Source of the DNA: Pecten maximus
Taxonomy: Eukaryota
Assembly (NCBI RefSeq): GCF_902652985.1
Contig: NC_047019.1
Location: 31,868,001-31,932,000, forward strand
Length of the DNA stretch: 64,000 nt
Reading direction: 5' to 3'
Within the stretch, counting starts at the first letter, position 1; every line of letters begins with the position of its first letter. Position numbers and translations under genes: made by a program. The notes beneath the pieces are model-generated. The model did no database searches and was not told the origin of the DNA. It worked only from the letters and a program-made list of their open reading frames with translations. Below, piece by piece: positions 1-13,850 of the stretch.

Positions 1-3000
1 TCACTGTCATAGTAACCCACGTTACAGGTACACACATTATTGGTACACACAGAGTTGTCCTTACATGCATTTGTTGGTGATGAAGGGCATGTCACTCCCG
101 GATTTAATCCTGATTAGAAATAATTTTGTTTAATGCAATCAGGCAAAAGTGACATAGAGTGATCACAGCATGTTGCATCAATCTTATTATGAAATTATAT
201 TAAATACCATTAAATCATTGATGTTATGAATTCATTGTGATGTGACCATTTAATAAGTGGTTTACATCATATATACTAGTAATTATGTGACTGTAGTAAA
301 ATGAGAAAGAGATACAATGACACAAAATTATTCTTAAAATTTCACTTTTAAAAGTGCAAATGTTAATATACATGTTCAATGATTTATAAAACCTTTAAAC
401 ACCTAGAGCTAACAAATAAGGTTCCTAGTGAAGTACCATTACAGTGTCATGATAACTTACTTGATTGACATGTAGAGCCACTGTCATAGTAACCAGTGTT
501 ACAGGTACATATACTACCACTACAGGTAGATAGGTCTGTACATTCATTGACCACATTGTTACAGGACTCTCCAGGAAGGATTTCTGATTGTATAATAAAC
601 AAAAGTATCAAACACAAAGTAAATTAAGTAAACAGTATCACATGCAGTCTGGTGCTTGCTAATCATTATAAAAAATACTTGATAAAATAAACAAGTTCAA
701 TACATGTACAGTACGTATAGAGTACCTGAAAACAAAATGACACATTTATCATAAATAGTTGCTTGTAAATATAAATCGGTAATGATGAAAGTCTCAGCTC
801 TCGGAACATATGACATCAGGTGAGTAGATTTCTGACTAATGGACGTTTTAAATTCAGTATGACATGTGCTTTTATCAACCATCATATAATACACTGTCTT
901 CATTGTTCAAATGATTATGCCTGATAATTCCATCCTAACATTTTCGTTCGATTCTTTGGGAACTGTTACCCTAACATTTAGTAGACTTTGCCTATACCTA
1001 CAGGTCTATATAGGAAGGATTAATCAAAGATTGTGGTGTATATTAATTTAGAAAAATATATTTCTATTGACAGACTTCTAATGAAGTCAAAAAATATCTG
1101 TCATTACTCAAAAGTGTAAATATCTAACTTACTTGCAGTACATATCCCATTATTGGCTGACGGACCATCACTGTCATAGTAACCCGAGTTACAGGTACAC
1201 ACATTATTGGTACACACCGAGTTGTCCTTACATGCATTTGTTGGTGATATAGGGCATGTCACTCCCGGATTTAATCCTGATTAGAAATAATTTTGTTTCA
1301 TGCAATCAGGCAAAAGTGACATAGAGTGATGTTGCATAATTTTGATTATGATATTATATAAAATACAATCAAATCTTAATGTCATGAAATGATTGTGATG
1401 TGACCATTTAAATGGTTTCCATCATACACTACTAATGTGACTGTAGTAAAATGAGAATGACAGATACAATGACACAAAATTATATTAAAAACTTCACTTT
1501 TAAAAGTTCAATATTTTAATGTTATTGTACATGCTCAATGATTTCAAAATCTTTAAACACCTAGAGCTAACAAATAAGGTTCCTAGTGAAGTACCATTAC
1601 AGTGTCATGATAACTTACTTAACTGACATGTAGAGCCACTGTCATAGTAACCAGTGATACAGGTACATTTACCACCAGTACAGGTAGACAAGTCGGTACA
1701 TTCATTGGCTACGTTGTTACAGGACTCTCCAGGAAGAATTTCTGATTGTATGAAAAACAAAAGTATCAAACATAACACTAAGTACCAAAAGGTTATCAAG
1801 AATATCACATGTAGTTTGGTGATTGTTAATCACTATAAATAATCTTGACAAAATAAACCAGATCAATACCTCAGCACGAAATGCCACATTTATAGCTGTT
1901 TATTGACAACTGTGTCAGTTTTAACAGCTGAATAGTCTAAGAGCTAATGTTATTTTGTTTTTACCATATACCATCATTAAATAAACTTGATTTGATTTGA
2001 TCTTAAATTGATACTTAACATTAAATATTGATCTACTTTTACTATCTATAAAATGATGAAGGTCACAATTCTTGGTATGACATCAGGTGAGTAGATTTCT
2101 GACTAATGGACATTTTAAATTCAGTATGACATGTGTTTCTGTCAACCATCATATAATACACTGTCTTCATTGTTCAAATGATTATGCCTCATAATTCCAT
2201 CCTAAAATTTCCGTTCGATTCTTTGGGAACTGTTACCCTAACATTTAGTAGACTTTGCCTATACCTACAGGTCTATATAGGAAGGATTTATCAGCATCAT
2301 ATAAAGATTGTGGTGTATATTTATTTAGAAAAATATATTTCTATTGACAGACTTCTAATGAAGTCAAAATATCTTTCATTACTCAAAAGTGTAAACATCT
2401 AACTTACTTGCAGTACATATCCCATTACTGAATGAAGGACCATCACTGTCATAGTAACCCACGTTACAGGTACACACATTATTGGTACACACAGAGTTGT
2501 CCTTACATGCATTTGTTGGTGATGAAGGGCATGTCACTCCCGGATTTAATCCTGATTAGAAATAATTTTGTTTAATGCAATCAGGCAAAAGTGACATAGA
2601 GTGATCACAGCATGTTGCATCAATCTTATTATGAAATTATATTAAATACCATTAAATCATTGATGTTATGAATTCATTGTGATGTGACCATTTAATAAGT
2701 GGTTTACATCATATATACTAGTAATTATGTGACTGTAGTAAAATGAGAAAGAGATACAATGACACAAAATTATTCTTAAAATTTCACTTTTAAAAGTGCA
2801 AATGTTAATATACATGTTCAATGATTTATAAAACCTTTAAACACCTAGAGCTAACAAATAAGGTTCCTAGTGAAGTACCATTACAGTGTCATGATAACTT
2901 ACTTGATTGACATGTAGAGCCACTGTCATAGTAACCAGTGTTACAGGTACATATACTACCACTACAGGTAGATAGGTCTGTACATTCATTGACCACATTG

Positions 3001-6000
3001 TTACAGGACTCTCCAGGAAGGATTTCTGATTGTATAATAAACAAAAGTATCAAACACAAAGTAAATTAAGTAAACAGTATCACATGCAGTCTGGTGCTTG
3101 CTAATCATTATAAAAAATACTTGATAAAATAAACAAGTTCAATACATGTACAGTACGTATAGAGTACCTGAAAACAAAATGACACATTATCATAAATAGT
3201 TGCTTGTAAATATAAATCGGTAATGATGAAAGTCTCAGCTCTCGGAACATATGACATCAGGTGAGTAGATTTCTGACTAATGGACGTTTTAAATTCAGTA
3301 TGACATGTGCTTTTATCAACCATCATATAATACACTGTCTTCATTGTTCAAATGATTATGCCTGATAATTCCATCCTAACATTTTCGTTCGATTCTTTGG
3401 GAACTGTTACCCTAACATTTAGTAGACTTTGCCTATACCTACAGGTCTATATAGGAAGGATTAATCAAAGATTGTGGTGTATATTAATTTAGAAAAATAT
3501 ATTTCTATTGACAGACTTCTAATGAAGTCAAAAATATCTGTCATTACTCAAAAGTGTAAATATCTAACTTACTTGCAGTACATATCCCATTATTGGCTGA
3601 CGGACCATCACTGTCATAGTAACCCGAGTTACAGGTACACACATTATTGGTACACACCGAGTTGTCCTTACATGCATTTGTTGGTGATATAGGGCATGTC
3701 ACTCCCGGATTTAGTCCTGATTAGAAATAATTTTGTTTCATGCAATCAGGCAAAAGTGACATAGAGTGATGTTGCATAATTTTGATTATGATATTATATA
3801 AAATACAATCAAATCTTAATGTCATGAAATGATTGTGATGTGACCATTTAAATGGTTTCCATCATACACTACTAATGTGACTGTAGTAAAATGAGAATGA
3901 CAGATACAATGACACAAAATTATATTAAAAACTTCACTTTTAAAAGTTCAATATTTTAATGTTATTGTACATGCTCAATGATTTCAAAATCTTTAAACAC
4001 CTAGAGCTAACAAATAAGGTTCCTAGTGAAGTACCATTACAGTGTCATGATAACTTACTTAACTGACATGTAGAGCCACTGTCATAGTAACCAGTGATAC
4101 AGGTACATTTACCACCAGTACAGGTAGACAAGTCGGTACATTCATTGGCTACGTTGTTACAGGACTCTCCAGGAAGAATTTCTGATTGTATGAAAAACAA
4201 AAGTATCAAACATAACACTAAGTACCAAAGGTTATCAAGAATATCACATGTAGTTTGGTGATTGTTAATCACTATAAATAATCTTGACAAAATAAACCAG
4301 ATCAATACCTCAGCACGAAATGCCACATTTATAGCTGTTTATTGACAACTGTGTCAGTTTTAAACAGCTGAATAGTCTAAGAGCTAATGTTATTTTGTTT
4401 TTACCATATACCATCATTAAATAAACTTGATTTGATTTGATCTTAAATTGATACTTAACATTAAATATTGATCTACTTTTACTATCTATAAAATGATGAA
4501 GGTCACAATTCTTGGTATGACATCAGGTGAGTAGATTTCTGACTAATGGACATTTTAAATTCAGTATGACATGTGTTTCTATCAACCATCATATAATACA
4601 CTGTCTTCATTGTTCAAATGATTATGCCTCATAATTCCATCCTAAAATTTCCGTTCGATTCTTTGGGAACTGTTACCCTAACATTTAGTAGACTTTGCCT
4701 ATACCTACAGGTCTATATAGGAAGGATTTATCAGCATCATATAAAGATTGTGGTGTATATTTATTTAGAAAAATATATTTCTATTGACAGACTTCTAATG
4801 AAGTCAAAATATCTTTCATTACTCAAAAGTGTAAACATCTAACTTACTTGCAGTACATATCCCATTACTGAATGAAGGACCATCACTGTCATAGTAACCC
4901 ACGTTACAGGTACACACATTATTGGTACACACAGAGTTGTCCTTACATGCATTTGTTGGTGATGAAGGGCATGTCACTCCCGGATTTAATCCTGATTAGA
5001 AATAATTTTGTTTAATGCAATCAGGCAAAAGTGACATAGAGTGATCACAGCATGTTGCATCAATCTTATTATGAAATTATATTAAATACCATTAAATCAT
5101 TGATGTTATGAATTCATTGTGATGTGACCATTTAATAAGTGGTTTACATCATATATACTAGTAATTATGTGACTGTAGTAAAATGAGAAAGAGATACAAT
5201 GACACAAAATTATTCTTAAAATTTCACTTTTAAAAGTGCAAATGTTAATATACATGTTCAATGATTTATAAAACCTTTAAACACCTAGAGCTAACAAATA
5301 AGGTTCCTAGTGAAGTACCATTACAGTGTCATGATAACTTACTTGATTGACATGTAGAGCCACTGTCATAGTAACCAGTGTTACAGGTACATATACTACC
5401 ACTACAGGTAGATAGGTCTGTACATTCATTGACCACATTGTTACAGGACTCTCCAGGAAGGATTTCTGATTGTATAATAAACAAAAGTATCAAACACAAA
5501 GTAAATTAAGTAAACAGTATCACATGCAGTCTGGTGCTTGCTAATCATTATGAAAAATACTTGATAAAATAAACAAGTTCAATACATGTACAGTACGTAT
5601 AGAGTACCTGAAAACAAAATGACACATTTATCATAAATAGTTGCTTGTAAATATAAATCGGTAATGATGAAAGTCTCAGCTCTGGGAACATATGACATCA
5701 GGTGAGTAGATTTCTGACTAATGGACGTTTTAAATTCAGTATGACATGTGCTTTTATCAACCATCATATAATACACTGTCTTCATTGTTCAAATGATTAT
5801 GCCTGATAATTCCATCCTAACATTTTCGTTCGATTCTTTGGGAACTGTTACCCTAACATTTAGTAGACTTTGCCTATACCTACAGGTCTATATAGGAAGG
5901 ATTAATCAAAGATTGTGGTGTATATTTATTTAGAAAAATACATTTCACTTGACAGACTTCTAATGAAGTGAAAAATATCTTTCATTACTCAAAAGTGTAA

Positions 6001-9000
6001 ATATCTAACTTACTTGCAGTACATATCCCATTATTGGCTGAAGGACTATCACTGTCATAGTAACCCGAGTTACAGGTACACACATTATTGGTACACACCG
6101 AGTTGTCCTTACATGCATTTGTTGGTGATATAGGGCATGTCACTCCCGGATTTAGTCCTGATTAGAAATAATTTTGTTTCATGCAATCAGGCAAAAGTGA
6201 CATAGAGTGATGTTGCATAAATTTTATTATGATATTATATAAAATACAATCAAATCTTAATGTCATGAAATGATTGTGATGTGACCATTTAAATGGTTTC
6301 CATCATACACTACTAATGTGACTGTAGTAAAATGAGAATGACAGATACAATGACACAAAATTATATTAAAAACTTCACTTTTAAAAGTTCAATATTTTAA
6401 TGTTATTGTACATGCTCAATGATTTCAAAATCTTTAAACACCTAGAGCTAACAAATAAGGTTCCTAGTGAAGTACCATTACAGTGTCATGATAACTTACT
6501 TAACTGACATGTAGAGCCACTGTCATAGTAACCAGTGATACAGGTACATTTACCACCAGTACAGGTAGACAAGTCGGTACATTCATTGGCTACGTTGTTA
6601 CAGGACTCTCCAGGAAGAATTTCTGATTGTATGAAAAACAAAAGTATCAAACAGAACACTAAATACCAAAGGTTATCAAGAATATCACATGTAGTTTGGT
6701 GATTGTTAATCACTATAAATAATCTTGACAAAATAAACCAGATCAATACCTCAGCACGAAATGCCACATTTATAGCTGTTTGTTGACAACTGTGTCAGTT
6801 TTAACAGCTGAATAGTCTAAGAGCTAATGTTATTTTGTTTTTACCATATACCATCATTAAATAAACTTGATTTGATTTGATCTTAAATTGATACTTAACA
6901 TTAAATATTGATCTACTTTTACTATCTATAAAATGATGAAGGTCACAATTCTTGGTATGACATCAGGTGAGTAGATTTCTGACTAATGGACATTTTAAAT
7001 TCAGTATGACATGTGTTTCTATCAACCATCATATAATACACTGTCTTCATTGTTCAAATGATTATGCCTCATAATTCCATCCTAAAATTTCCGTTCGATT
7101 CTTTGGGAACTGTTACCCTAACATTTAGTAGACTTTGCCTATACCTACAGGTCTATATAGGAAAGATTTATCAGCATCATATAAAGATTGTGGTGTATAT
7201 TTATTTAGAAAAATATATTTCTATTGACAGACTTCTAATGAAGTCAAAATATCTTTCATTACTCAAAAGTGTAAACATCTAACTTACTTGCAGTACATAT
7301 CCCATTACTGAATGAAGGACCATCACTGTCATAGTAACCCACGTTACAGGTACACACATTATTGGTACACACAGAGTTGTCCTTACATGCATTTGTTGGT
7401 GATGAAGGGCATGTCACTCCCGGATTTAATCCTGATTAGAAATAATTTTGTTTAATGCAATCAGGCAAAAGTGACATAGAGTGATCACAGCATGTTGCAT
7501 CAATCTTATTATGAAATTATATTAAATACCATTAAATCATTGATGTTATGAATTCATTGTGATGTGACCATTTAATAAGTGGTTTACATCATATATACTA
7601 GTAATTATGTGACTGTAGTAAAATGAGAAAGAGATACAATGACACAAAATTATTCTTAAAATTTCACTTTTAAAAGTGCAAATGTTAATATACATGTTCA
7701 ATGATTTATAAAACCTTTAAACACCTAGAGCTAACAAATAAGGTTCCTAGTGAAGTACCATTACAGTGTCATGATAACTTACTTGATTGACATGTAGAGC
7801 CACTGTCATAGTAACCAGTGTTACAGGTACATATACTACCACTACAGGTAGATAGGTCTGTACATTCATTGACCACATTGCTACAGGACTCTCCAGGAAG
7901 GATTTCTGATTGTATAATAAACAAAAGTATCAAACACAAAGTAAATTAAGTAAACAGTATCACATGCAGTCTGGTGCTTGCTAATCATTATAAAAAATAC
8001 TTGATAAAATAAACAAGTTCAATACATGTACAGTACGTATAGAGTACCTGAAAACAAAATGACACATTTATCATAAATAGTTGCTTGTAAATATAAATCG
8101 GTAATGATGAAAGTCTCAGCTCTCGGAACATATGACATCAGGTGAGTAGATTTCTGACTAATGGACGTTTTAAATTCAGTATGACATGTGCTTTTATCAA
8201 CCATCATATAATACACTGTCTTCATTGTTCAAATGATTATGCCTGATAATTCCATCCTAACATTTTCGTTCGATTCTTTGGGAACTGTTACCCTAACATT
8301 TAGTAGACTTTGCCTATACCTACAGGTCTATATAGGAAGGATTAATCAAAGATTGTGGTGTATATTTATTTAGAAAAATACATTTCACTTGACAGACTTC
8401 TAATGAAGTGAAAAATATCTTTCATTACTCAAAAGTGTAAATATCTAACTTACTTGCAGTACATATCCCATTATTGGCTGAAGGACCATCACTGTCATAG
8501 TAACCCGAGTTACAGGTACACACATTATTGGTACACACCGAGTTGTCCTTACATGCATTTGTTGGTGATATAGGGCATGTCACTCCCGGATTTAGTCCTG
8601 ATTTGGAATAATTTTGTTTCATGCAATCAGGCAAAAGTGACATAGAGTGATGTTGCATAAATTTTATTATGATATTATATAAAATACAATCAAATCTTAA
8701 TGTCATGAAATGATTGTGATGTGACCATTTAAATGGTTTCCATCATACACTACTAATGTGACTGTAGTAAAATGAGAATGACAGATACAATGACACAAAA
8801 TTATATTAAAAACTTCACTTTTAAAAGTTCAATATTTTAATGTTATTGTACATGCTCAATGATTTCAAAATCTTTAAACACCTAGAGCTAACAAATAAGG
8901 TTCCTAGTGAAGTACCATTACAGTGTCATGATAACTTACTTAACTGACATGTAGAGCCACTGTCATAGTAACCAGTGATACAGGTACATATACCACCACT

Positions 9001-12000
9001 ACAGGTAGACAAGTCGGTACATTCATTGGCTACGTTGTTACAGGACTCTCCAGGAAGGATTTCTGATTGTATGAAAAACAAAAGTATCAAACAGAACACT
9101 AAATACCAAAGGTTATCAAGAATATCACATGTAGTTTGGTGATTGTTAATCACTATAAATAATCTTGACAAAATAAACCAGATCAATACCTCAGCACGAA
9201 ATGCCACATTTATAGTTGTTTGTTGACAACTGTGTCAGTTTTAACAGCTGAATAGTCTAAGAGCTACTGTTATTTTGTTTTCACCGTATACCATCATTAA
9301 AAAAACTTCATTTGATTTGATCTTAAATTGATACTTAACATTAAATATTGATCTACTTTTACTATCTATAAAATGATGAAGGTCACAATTCTTGGTATGA
9401 CATCAGATGAGTAGATTTCTGACTAATGGACATTTTAAATTCAGTATGACATGTGTTTCTATCAACCATCATATAATACACTGTCTTCATTGTTCAAATG
9501 ATTATGCCTCATAATTCCATCCTAAAATTTCCGTTCGATTCTTTGGGAACTGTTACCCTAACATTTAGTAGACTTTGCCTATACCTACAGGTCTATATAG
9601 GAAGGATTTATCAGCATCATATAAAGATTGTGGTGTATATTTATTTAGAAAAATATATTTCTATTGACAGACTTCTAATGAAGTGAAAAAATATCTTTCA
9701 TTACTCAAAAGTGTAAATATCTAACTTACTTGCAGTACATATCCCATTATTGGTTGAAGGACCATCACTGTCATAGTAACCCGAGTTACAGGTACACACA
9801 TTATTGGTACACACAGAGTTGTCCTTACATGCATTTGTTGGTGATGAAGGGCATGTCACTCCCGGATTTAGTCCTGATTTGGAATAATTTTGTTTAATGC
9901 AATCAGGCAAAAGTGATATAGAGTGATCGCAACATGTTGCATCAATCTTATTATGATATTACATAAAATACAAATAAATCATTGATGTCATAAAATGATT
10001 GTGATGTGACCATTTAATAAGTGGTTTACATCAGATACTAGTAATTATGTGACTGTAGTAAAATGAGAAAGAGATACAATGACACAAAATTATTCTTAAA
10101 ATTTCACTTTTAAAAGTGCAAATGTTAATATACATGCTCAATGATTTCAAAATCTTTAAACACCTAGAGCTAACAAATAATGTTCCTAGTGAAGTACCAT
10201 TACAGTGTTATAATAACTTACTTAATTGACATGTAGATCCACTGTCGTAGTAACCAGTGTTACAGGTACATATACCACCACTACAGCTAGACAAGTCGGT
10301 ACATTCATTGGCCACATTGTTACAGGACTCTCCAGGAAGGATTTCTGATTGTATAATTACACCAAGATATACCAAAGTATCAAAGATAACACTAAGTACC
10401 AAAGGTTATCATAAATATCACATGGAGTTTGGTGTTTGTTAATCACTATAAATAATCTTGACAAAATAAACCAGATCAATACCTCAGCACGAAATGCCAC
10501 ATTTATAGTTGTTTGTTGACAACTGTGTCAGTTTTAACAGCTGAATAGTCTAAGAGCTAATGTTATTTTGTTTTTACCATATACCATCATTAAATAAACT
10601 TAATTTGATTTGATCTGAAATTGATACTTAACATTAAATATTGATCTACTTTTACTATCTATAAAATGATGAAGGTCACAATTCTTGGTATGATATCAGG
10701 TGAGTAGATTTCTGACTAATGGACGTTTTAAATTCAGTATGACATGTGTTTCTATCAACCATCATATAATACACTGTCTTCATTGTTCAAATGATTATGC
10801 CTGATAATTCCATCCTAACATTTTCGTTCGATTCTTTGGGAACTGTTACCCTAACATTTAGTAGACTTTGCCTATACCTACAGGTCTATATAGGAAGGAT
10901 TAATCAAAGATTGTGGTGTATATTTATTTAGAAAAATACATTTCACTTGACAGACTTCTAATGAAGTGAAAAATATCTTTTATTACTCAAAAGTGTAAAT
11001 ATCTAACTTACTTGCAGTACATATCCCATTATTGGCTGAAGGACCATCACTGTCATAGTAACCCGAGTTACAGGTACACACATTATTGGTACACACCGAG
11101 TTGTCCTTACATGCATTTGTTGGTGATATAGGGCATGTCACTCCCGGATTTAGTCCTGATTTGGAATAAGTTTGTTTCATGCAATCAGGCAAAAGTGACA
11201 TAGAGTGATGTTGCATAAATTTTATTATGATATTATATAAAATACAATCAAATCTTAATGTCATGAAATGATTGTGATGTGACCATTTAAATGGTTTCCA
11301 TCATACACTACTAATGTGACTGTAGTAAAATGAGAATGACAGATACAATGACACAAAATTATATTAAAAACTTCACTTTTAAAAGTTCAATATTTTAATG
11401 TTATTGTACATGCTCAATGATTTCAAAATCTTTAAACACCTAGAGCTAACAAATAAGGTTCCTAGTGAAGTACCATTACAGTGTCATGATAACTTACTTA
11501 ACTGACATGTAGAGCCACTGTCATAGTAACCAGTGATACAGGTACATATACCACCACTACAGGTAGACAAGTCGGTACATTCATTGGCTACGTTGTTACA
11601 GGACTCTCCAGGAAGGATTTCTGATTGTATGAAAAACAAAAGTATCAAACAGAACACTAAATACCAAAGGTTATCAAGAATATCACATGTAGTTTGGTGA
11701 TTGTTAATCACTATAAATAATCTTGACAAAATAAACCAGATCAATACCTCAGCACGAAATGCCACATTTATAGCTGTTTGTTGACAACTGTGTCAGTTTT
11801 AACAGCTGAATAGTCTAAGAGCTAATGTTATTTTGTTTTTACCGTATACCATCATTAAATAAACTTGATTTGATTTGATCTTAAATTGATACTTAACATT
11901 AAATATTGATCTACTTTTACTATCTATAAAATGATGAAGGTCACAATTCTTGGTATGACATCAGATGAGTAGATTTCTGACTAATGGACATTTTAAATTC

Positions 12001-13850
12001 AGTATGACATGTGTTTCTATCAACCATCATATAATACACTGTCTTCATTGTTCAAATGATTATGCCTCATAATTCCATCCTAAAATTTCCGTTCGATTCT
12101 TTGGGAACTGTTACCCTAACATTTAGTAGACTTTGCCTATACCTACAGGTCTATATAGGAAGGATTTATCAGCATCATATAAAGATTGTGGTGTATATTT
12201 ATTTAGAAAAATATATTTCTATTGACAGACTTCTAATGAAGTGAAAAAATATCTTTCATTACTCAAAAGTGTAAATATCTAACTTACTTGCAGTACATAT
12301 CCCATTATTGGTTGAAGGACCATCACTGTCATAGTAACCCGAGTTACAGGTACACACATTATTGGTACACACAGAGTTGTCCTTACATGCATTTGTTGGT
12401 GATGAAGGGCATGTCACTCCCGGATTTAGTCCTGATTAGAATTGATTTTGTTTAATGCAATCAGGCAAAAGTGATATAGAGTGATCGCAACATGTTGCAT
12501 CAATCTTATTATGATATTACATAAAATACAAATAAATCATTGATGTCATAAAATGATTGTGATGTGACCATTTAATAAGTGGTTTACATCAGATACTAGT
12601 AATTATGTGACTGTAGTAAAATGAGAAAGAGATACAATGACACAAAATTATTCTTAAAATTTCACTTTTAAAAGTGCAAATGTTAATATACATGCTCAAT
12701 GATTTCAAAATCTTTAAACACCTAGAGCTAACAAATAATGTTCCTAGTGAAGTACCATTACAGTGTTATAATAACTTACTTAATTGACATGTAGATCCAC
12801 TGTCGTAGTAACCAGTGTTACAGGTACATATACCACCACTACAGCTAGACAAGTCGGTACATTCATTGGCCACATTGTTACAGGACTCTCCAGGAAGGAT
12901 TTCTGATTGTATAATTACACCAAGATATACCAAAGTATCAAAGATAACACTAAGTACCAAAGGTTATCATAAATATCACATGGAGTTTGGTGATTGTTAA
13001 TCACTATAAATAATCTTGACAAAATAAACCAGATCAATACCTCAGCACGAAATGCCACATTTATAGCTGTTTGTTGACAACTGTGTCAGTTTTAACAGCT
13101 GAATAGTCTAAGAGCTAATGTTATTTTGTTTTTACCGTATACCATCATTAAATAAACTTGATTTGATTTGATCTGAAATTGATACTTAACATTAAATATT
13201 GATCTACTTTTACTATCTATAAAATGATGAAGGTCACAATTCTTGGTATGATATCAGGTGAGTAGATTTCTGACTAATGGACGTTTTAAATTCAGTATGA
13301 CATGTGTTTCTATCAACCATCATATAATACACTGTCTTCATTGTTCAAATGATTATGCCTGATAATTCCATCCTAACATTTTCGTTCGATTCTTTGGGAA
13401 CTGTTACCCTAACATTTAGTAGACTTTGCCTATACCTACAGGTCTATATAGGAAGGATTAATCAAAGATTGTGGTGTATATTTATTTAGAAAAATACATT
13501 TCATTTGACAGACTTCTAATGAAGTCAAAAAATATCTTTCATTACTCAAAAGTGTTAACATCTAACTTACTTGCAGTACATATCCCATTATTGGTTGAAG
13601 GACCATCACTGTCATAGTAACCCGAGTTACAGGTACACACAGTATTGGTACACACAGAGTTGTCCATACATGCATTTGTTGGTGATATAGGGCATGTCAC
13701 TCCCGGATTCAGTCCTGATTAGAAATAATTTTGTTTAATGCAATCAGGCAAAAGTGATATAGAGTGATCGCAGCATGTTGCATCAATCTTATTATGATAT
13801 TACATAAAATACAAATAAATCATTGATGTCATGAAATGATTGTGATGTGA
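1..13850. repeat. Exon+intron tandem array, monomers of 1165-1283 bp organised as 2440-bp and 2558-bp higher-order dimers
   Basis: A-exon starts at 1133, 2408, 3573, 4848, 6014, 7288, 8454, 9730, 11012, 12288, 13571 give spacings 1275/1165/1275/1166/1274/1166/1276/1282/1276/1283. Introns are almost identical between same-type copies. Homology stops abruptly at 13850. Confidence 0.97.

Noticed and set aside
697-13000. Recurrent short ORFs (MKTVYYMM..., MIMPHNSIL..., MAFRAEVL...) as independent genes
   Set aside because: They are intronic or antisense frames repeated only because the DNA is repeated, and they gain and lose frameshifts between copies. The hydrophobic leader of MAFRAEVL is translated polypyrimidine intron upstream of the true acceptor.
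1-13850. CRISPR-like or phage-like repeat array
   Set aside because: Units are ~1.2 kb with spliceosomal exons, with no short repeat/unique spacer structure and no cas genes; the context is eukaryotic.
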